DNA of 64,000 bases from Paragordius varius (Eukaryota; Animalia; Nematomorpha): assembly GCA_964247055.1 (NCBI GenBank), contig OZ176050.1:2480001-2544000 (forward strand), given 5' to 3'. The notes under the pieces were generated by a model. That model was not told the origin of the DNA and ran no database searches. It saw only the letters and a list, made by a program, of their open reading frames with translations. Below, piece by piece: positions 57,044-64,000 of this stretch. The translations under genes were made by a program, and so were the position numbers. The number at the start of each line of letters is the position of its first letter. Position 1 is the stretch's first letter.

Positions 57044-58070
57044 CAGGAGTGGCTAACCTTTTTTCCCGCGGGCTACTTTTTTGAAAGAAAATTTTACGCG
57101 GGCACGTAGGAATATTAAATATTAAAAGATCTAATTATCACTTTAATACAAATGATGCAACTATATATATCTCTATTTTTTGGATTGGGGTGACTAGCAC
57201 AGGCCATTTTAAAATAAATAACACGAAAAATAATTATTTTTGAGTAGTTTTTTTATATATTAAATTAATCGGTTAATTTGCAACAGAGAAAAAAACGTAT
57301 AATTGAGCAATTCCAGCGTCATCGGTGGATACATCAATTTAATACGAAAAATTTTACATGATTTAATATTTTCATGAAAATTTCGGTATTCTGATTGAGA
57401 TCATCACCTCTCTGCATAATTGTGTTTCTGGGATAAACTTTTTTATTCCATAATATTCTTTTTTCTTCATAATTTTCAAACACACTTCAGAAGCTTCAAT
57501 GAAGGCTTCTTGCCAAATTTCTCCCTAACTGATATTTGTGAGTTGCGATTCTGGAATTTTTTTGAGTTTTGCTGTATTTCAAATGCAGTGTTTTTGAGCA
57601 TTTATTTGCTCTTTGAATAGGATTTTTGATTTACGAATATCTGAACGGTATTTCGTTCATGTGATACGTAAAATGTATATGGACATTTCTTTTGGCAAAG
57701 CCACTGTGGTTGCATATCAAACAAGTACATTTATCATTATTCATGATAAAAAAATAATCTTACTCCCATTAATTTCTTTAATGCAATATTTTAGCATTTT
57801 TTTCTGGCATGAATTACTGAAGCGTAAGTTTAAAGGATACTTCTGTTACTTTTGCTAATTTTAAACTGTATTCTAAAGAAATCACAAATGTTTAAAGTTC
57901 GAATAAAATTTAATTTTTCCAAACGCAAAATAAAAATTAAATTATTACTTTGGTGGAAAAAAAATTCGATGTAAAAATATTTTTAACATTTTTTTAAAAA
58001 ATTTAGGCGGTCACGTTTTGCAATCTCGCGGTCATGAAGTCAACCGCAGTCGACAGTTTGTCCATCCCTG
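57044..58070. mobile_element. hAT-type non-autonomous element
   Basis: TIRs CAGGAGTGGCTAACC / GTTTGTCCATCCCTG, with 8-bp TSD ATCTATAC / CTCTATAC (7/8). Confidence 0.78.
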
Positions 58071-58637
58071 CTCTATACGCTTTAATCTAATCAATCTGCA
58101 TTTTGTCGATACCAGGTGTCGACTAGTGTAGTATTTTTTCCCTCATAATCACTACCCTACATCAATCTTTTTATAAAAGGCGTGCCTTCTCCTGTTGCTT
58201 GAAGTTAGTGCGAATAAGCAATGTTTCAGATTTGAGCAAATGGGTATTTTCCATTTAAACTGTTATTCATAGTAGAAGGTGGTCGGTAAACATATCATTG
58301 TAACAAGCAACCAAGCTTTTTACAAAACGGAAGATCTGTAGCATGTATGATGACAAAATCAGTTTGTAATGGGACTGCCTAGCCATTCTGGTGTGGGGGG
58401 CATATTGGTTACCAGCGAAAAAAGTATTTATCAAGAGATGACGATTACCGCAGAAAGTTATCAAAAGTTTGCCAGCCTTAGTAGAGATAGTAAGGTTGCG
58501 TATATAGACCAAGAAAAGACATCTCTTTTCTTTTGAAACCCGAATTACTGATTAGAAGGCCGGTGTCCCTATATCGAATCAATTACGGATCTAAAATCGT
58601 CTGAAAATTAAACACCAAGATGTTGTGCGACCGTAGG

Positions 58638-58878
58638 CAGAGGTTGTCCAACACAAAATGACGAGCCGCATTTGAAATAAATATGAGCATTCATATATTT
58701 ATTAGTCTTCAAACATATGACTGCAAAAAGCAAACGCATTATAACATTTTTTCCTAGTTCTTGACGATTAATTAGATATAGACTTTGATAAAAAATGGTT
58801 TAATATAATCAATTTTAATAAGATTTTGTCACAATATTTAAGCCAAAATTTTCGCGGGCCGCATGTTGCACATCCCTG
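58638..58878. mobile_element. hAT-type MITE
   Basis: CAGAGGTTGTCCAAC ... GCGGGCCGCATGTTGCACATCCCTG, with flanks CCGTAGG / CCCTAGG. Confidence 0.6.
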
Positions 58879-59371
58879 CCCTAGGGACTTTCAGGGTATG
58901 ATGTTTAGCATTTATTTTATCATTCCGTATGCGGTTCTTAACGCCGCTGGCATTAGATTTCGCTATCAAAAGCCCCAGATGCTAAGAGGTCAAGTGTTGA
59001 CCGATTTTCTGGCGATCATCGTTGGGTTCATTTTATATATAGAGTCAAATATCGAATTTAAATTAGAGCAATTATTGGATGAAAAAGATTGTACCAAGAC
59101 TAAAAGACAATAATGTAATTTTGGTTATCTGTGGCTTCAATTGGAATCTATAATAGATAAGCGAAATAACTTATCCAACGGATAATAAAGTGTTTGTTAA
59201 ACAAATTTTTTTTTAACATGTCACAATTTCAAATTGAGACTCACAATTATATAAAATGTTTTTGTCATATGAACAACCTTTCATTTAGAGTGATTAAAAT
59301 ATCACGCTGAGTTGCAAAACCGCTTCAATATATGATGTGAGTTGAATGGTATTTAAATTTTGATGTATTGT

Positions 59372-61672
59372 TAGGGTGACCAGACGTCCAGCTACGTTTT
59401 TAAAATGTCCCGTTTTTTCACGATTATATAAAAAAAAATTTTTAAATACATTTAAATTTTTTATAAAAAAAATATTTTTTTATCCAATTTTTTATCATTT
59501 ATCTTTAAAATCAATATCAATTTTAAATTAAATTTTTTTATAAATTTAGATTAAAAATATTTGTTTTTTTCGAATTTATATCATATAATTATACACTTAG
59601 ATTCCTACTCCTACTGCCAACATTATCAAAAAGACAAATTAATACCACAAATCGCTAGCTTATAGTTAACTCCAGAAAATTAAGGTAATATAATATTTTT
59701 TTATACTAATATTAGTTAAAAAATATGAGTGCAAAAAGAGGTTGAAATTCAACGATGAATTAATGAAAGAATTTCTTTTTATCAAAAAAACGAAGAATGA
59801 ATCATTTGTTAAATGTTCTTTATGCGAGGGGGAATTTACCCTAGCACATGGCGGCAAGCATGATATTACAAAGCATATGGAAACACCGAAACATAATAAA
59901 TGTTTAGATATGGCGGCATCATCTTACAAAATGGATTTTTATCGAAAAACCGCTTTTGGAGAAGAAAAAAATTCGGCACTAGCCGAAAAAGATTTCTTTT
60001 CACGCCGTTAATTACAATCAATTCTTTAGATCGAATTGTACCTCGCATGTTATTCGTACCTTATTCAATAAAAAATTTACATGTGCCCGTACAAAGGCTG
60101 AATCCATTGTATGCAATGTCCTTTCGCCGCATGCCTTTTCTAAAATACAAAAAGATTTGCTGAAAATTAATTATCGCTATACTCTGATGTATCAAATCAC
60201 AAGGAAACAAAATTATTCCAAACTTCAATAGGATATTTTGATCCAGAAACCGGAGTAAAAATTAAAATTTTAGACATAATATTTGATTCAATAATGAATA
60301 TTCTAGACAACAATAATTTAAAAGACAAAATCATCGCATATTGCCCTGAACACCAATACGAACTTCGGTGGAAAAGCAAGGACGGGAACAAAAAATATTT
60401 TTCATAAATCAGCAGATAATCCTAAACATGATTGGCGTTGGGTGTGCAGGGCATATCATACACAAAACTATTCAAACAGGTACTAATTTGTTATCCCTAG
60501 ATGTGAAAAATAGTTGTTAAAATATATTCTTATTTATATATATACACGGTACGCGTTGAAACGCTTAAGGAATTCTGTGAAAATGCAGAAGTTCAATATC
60601 AAAAAATGTTGGATATTGTAAAACTCGTTGGTTAAATTTTCTGCCAGCTATCGAAAAAATTTTAAAAATATATGATCCTTTAAAACCTATTTTTTATCAC
60701 AGGACAAATGCCCTACAACTTTGGAAAAGTTTTTTGAATGTGATTAAATATGGTTAGAGTTCCTACATAATCAAGCATCTCTATTTCAAAATGTTATTAA
60801 ATTTCGGCTATCGTAGCAGCCAATGAAGTTAGTAACCTAAAATTCCAATGTCAAGAAAGGTAAAAAATAATTTCATTCAATTAACCATCCGCAATATTAT
60901 TAATATTTTAGAAAAACAAGGATTAATAAATTGCCAATATATCCTGTACCATATAAAAATGTTTTAAACAAACTGTAAAGATTATTTGGAAGACTGGACG
61001 GTGTGCAATGAAATTAATCATTTTCATTGGATAACATTAAAACCAGAATTTATTTAATGCGATGTTCTATAATCATTTGATTACATCTTCATCTTCCAAA
61101 ATTCCCAAAAATAATCTTTCATAAAATGATCTTTCTGAAGTATCATTAGTTAAAAAATATAATAATAATAAAAAAAATTATGGAGAACATAAAAAATAGT
61201 GTAAAAAAGAAATGGATAGAAATATTTTATCATTTTGAAACAAACTATGTTCCATACTATAATATTTTATAAATTGTGGAATTTGAAATATCTTTAACTG
61301 GAACCAACGCTGCTACTGAGCGTGTTTTTTTACAGTAAATCAGGTGTCGACATTGGAAAAATCAAATTTAAATGTTGAAACTTTAAATACCATTTTATCT
61401 GTCAAATATAATTTCACAAATTCTTGTGAAGACTTCTACAATATTTTAAATAAAGCTGACAATCTGCTAAAACGCATTCACCCAAATAAAAAAATATACC
61501 AAGGAACAAAATAATACTTTATACTTATAATGTATTTGTGTTAAAAATAAATAAATATTACAATAAATTTTTTGTATAAATTTTCTTTATCTATACCCCC
61601 TTCCATGCTCCAACCCCCCTCCCCATTCTCAGATTTGTCCCGCTTCTTCCTTTAAAAAATCAGGTCACCCTA
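59372..61672 (+). mobile_element. hAT (Blackjack-like) DNA transposon copy 2, defective
   Basis: TIRs TAGGGTGACCAGA / TCAGGTCACCCTA. Collinear with copy 1 (BED-like finger VKCSLCEGEFTLAHGGKHDITKHMETPKH, dimerisation-domain relic). Flanks are TGTATTGT (left) and GTTATACC (right). Confidence 0.9.
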
Positions 61673-61680
61673 GTTATACC

Positions 61681-64000
61681 GTTTCCAAAATGCAAAATAC
61701 TTTTACACTTTGATTCAATTTGGAGTGCCTAAATACCCCAGACTAAATCTGAGTTAGGATTTTTCTACTGAAGGAAACGGTCCCAATTTAAATTTATGCT
61801 TCTATCCTAATAAAAATTATATAAATATGCCAAAATATCTATATAAATTTTGTTTTGAAAAAAAAGTTCCATGTCAAACAACTTCGCCGCCCTTATTACA
61901 AAATTTTTGCAAAATATCGTCTTCATTTAATTTTAAGGGTACAATTAAAGCTAATTTTTTATTTAAATTACATCTAACATTGAGAGAAACAGATAAAGTG
62001 GTTTATTTTGCATGCTATGTTGACTAGATTATTACCTTTCGGTTCAGGTATTTTTGAATATTATTTTTTTTTATATTTCGGTTTATTAATGTTATATAAG
62101 TGCAAAATTTTGCCATAGTTTCGATTCCTTCCATATATTTTTGAGAATTTAATTTTAAACAGGCCTGGGGTATTTTACTACCCCAATTTAAATCGAAGGA
62201 CTAAATTGAATGTGTTGGATCCAAGTGTTAAAGTACGCTTCAACAAAATTGTGCAAAAATTAAATTTTGTAAAAATATGCATTTTTTTAAAATATTTATA
62301 TTTTATATCAAATAGCACATATTGGTGATTTTTATCGCGCAATCTCGGCATTTATGTGTTTATTTAAATAGAACTAGCCCATATTAGAAGAGCAAAAAAT
62401 TTTGGGACTTCCCCACCTCTAAAAAATTAAATTTTCCCAAAATATTGTTTCGATTATATGTAGTTTATGATATATATTAGTGATATTTGGAATGAAGCCT
62501 TTAGCTTTCACAAAAAAAATTTATTCAAAAAAATGAACGCAATACGGAGGTACTTACCACAAAGCGTAAATAATTTTCAATCACTAGTAAAAGCCAAAAC
62601 CAAAAGCACGATGATAATCATGATGCATTTTCTATCAAAGTATCACGTTGTTTTTTTTACCCCCAAATTGGGACGCAGTATAATGGATAATAATTTATAT
62701 ATATAATATATATAAAAGGAAAACTGCCCAATCTCAAATTATTAGACTTGCCAAGAATGGAAACTTTATGTAAACGCAAAATGCCGATGTTACGCCATAA
62801 AAATTTTAAATATGTGCTTGAGATGAAATAATATTCCCGAACAAATTATATTTGGTGAAGAATTTTCAAAAGACAACCGAATATTTGAATCGAATTAATC
62901 GAAAAAAGTATTTTTATAATATTTAGGGTTTTGTCGATTACATCATGCGTCAAATAGTATGAGGTAGGCTTCAGCATATTTTTCTGGAAATTAAATTGTT
63001 GAAAATGTTTTTTTGATGCCATATTGTACTAAATATTAAAAAAATTTATCGAAAGATCTCATTTATACATTTATTTTCAGAGAACTAGGTCATTTTAGAG
63101 CCGAGGCTAAAATATGTTCGGAGTACCCGTCTAAAATAAATCTTTATTGAATATTATTTTGGTTGTTACAATATTTATTAGAATAATGCCTTCTTTTACT
63201 AAATCAATTTATTAAAGATGTGCGCCAATTTTGCGATCTAAAGATACCAAATGACCACATCATATAACTTTCCTACATCGTTTGTAAAGTATCCTGATCC
63301 TTTTATCTATCAAAACTTATATGTTTCATGAGGATGTTTTTTTATCGTCCGATTTTTTTCGCAGTCTTATGATAAAGAAATATTTTTGGCTCAAACTAAA
63401 TGCTTCAATTCAAAAAAGTTATTTTTATATAAAACCTTGAAAAGCAAAACAGTATATTTATATTTTTGTTTTTTAGTTGTGCAAAATTGCCTTCCCTAAA
63501 ATGAGCGCTATATTAATCTTCAGTGTATGTGCAAGATTCTGACACACACAAAAAACTATAAAATTTATATTAGCTTAAATTTTTTTAATTTTTGGCAAAA
63601 TTCAGTTGAAGCTTATTTAATGTGAAATATGTTGGAAAGAGTATTACTTCTGCATAATACGATAATGCTGGACATTTCCATCGTCTCAGACTTATTTATT
63701 AAATTCCTTCTAACAAACGATAACTATGGATCAATGTATAAATGCAAAAATACCTTTTGTACAAAAAAATCTGAGTAAAAGTTTATTTTAAAACCATACA
63801 ATTAACTTTCATAGATACGTTTTTCATTTTGTAAACTGAAAATTTAAGCCTTTCTAAATAATAAAATTGCATAAAACAGATTAATATAATGACTTTTGAC
63901 AAAATTAAGTTAAAAAATGCCAACTTAAAAAATTATGACTGGAAGGTGAATACAAAAAAGAGATTATATAATTTATTAACATGGAGATATTAAAATATTG
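61681..64000. repeat. Unclassified interspersed repeat family, with related pieces at ~10050-10976, 14226-14400, 18190-18330 and 54800-55730
   Basis: 62080-62230 is a direct match to 18190-18330 and an inverted match to 14228-14290. 62330-62410 is an inverted match to 10560-10640. No coding capacity was recognised. Confidence 0.55.

Larger units (their letters stand above)
55790..59110 (-). mobile_element. Old RTE-like LINE relic, fragmented by three hAT MITEs
   Basis: Degenerate RT motifs LPLLYIAYKILS (~56390), VDLSKTFE (~56240) and SLRQAFSCLENELEAVGL (~55990), plus endonuclease-like NQYAPHT (~58400). Boundaries are approximate. Confidence 0.55.

Overview
AT-rich animal nuclear DNA in the standard genetic code; the organism cannot be assigned from sequence alone. 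Genes: MRPL16 and MMGT1/EMC5 (head-to-head, 32 bp between start codons), a PARP16-like gene, an approximately 19.5 kb transmembrane adenylyl cyclase (ADCY5/6-like), a Polycomb/CBX-type chromodomain gene and ADO (cysteamine dioxygenase). An inverted segmental duplication (arms about 1-10085 and 18330-22143) carries decayed second copies of MRPL16, MMGT1 and PARP16. The rest is mostly transposon-derived: RTE LINEs, hAT-Blackjack-like elements, IS630/Tc1/mariner relics, Harbinger-like and foldback-like MITEs, and a Gypsy tail. Three signals stand out. (1) MRPL16, MMGT1, PARP16 and ADO are split by ultra-short GT-AG introns of 21-29 nt, which the supplied ORF track misses, while ADCY and CBX use introns of 56 nt to 8.6 kb. 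(2) Two direct-repeat hAT copies 45 kb apart have reciprocally swapped 8-bp target-site duplications, suggesting the intervening block arrived as a circle or as a 50.7 kb composite. (3) Large hairpins are unusually dense, including a 5.9 kb head-to-head Tc1-like dimer with TA target duplication inside an ADCY intron. All alignments and translations were done by eye; no database search was run, and gene models lack transcript support.
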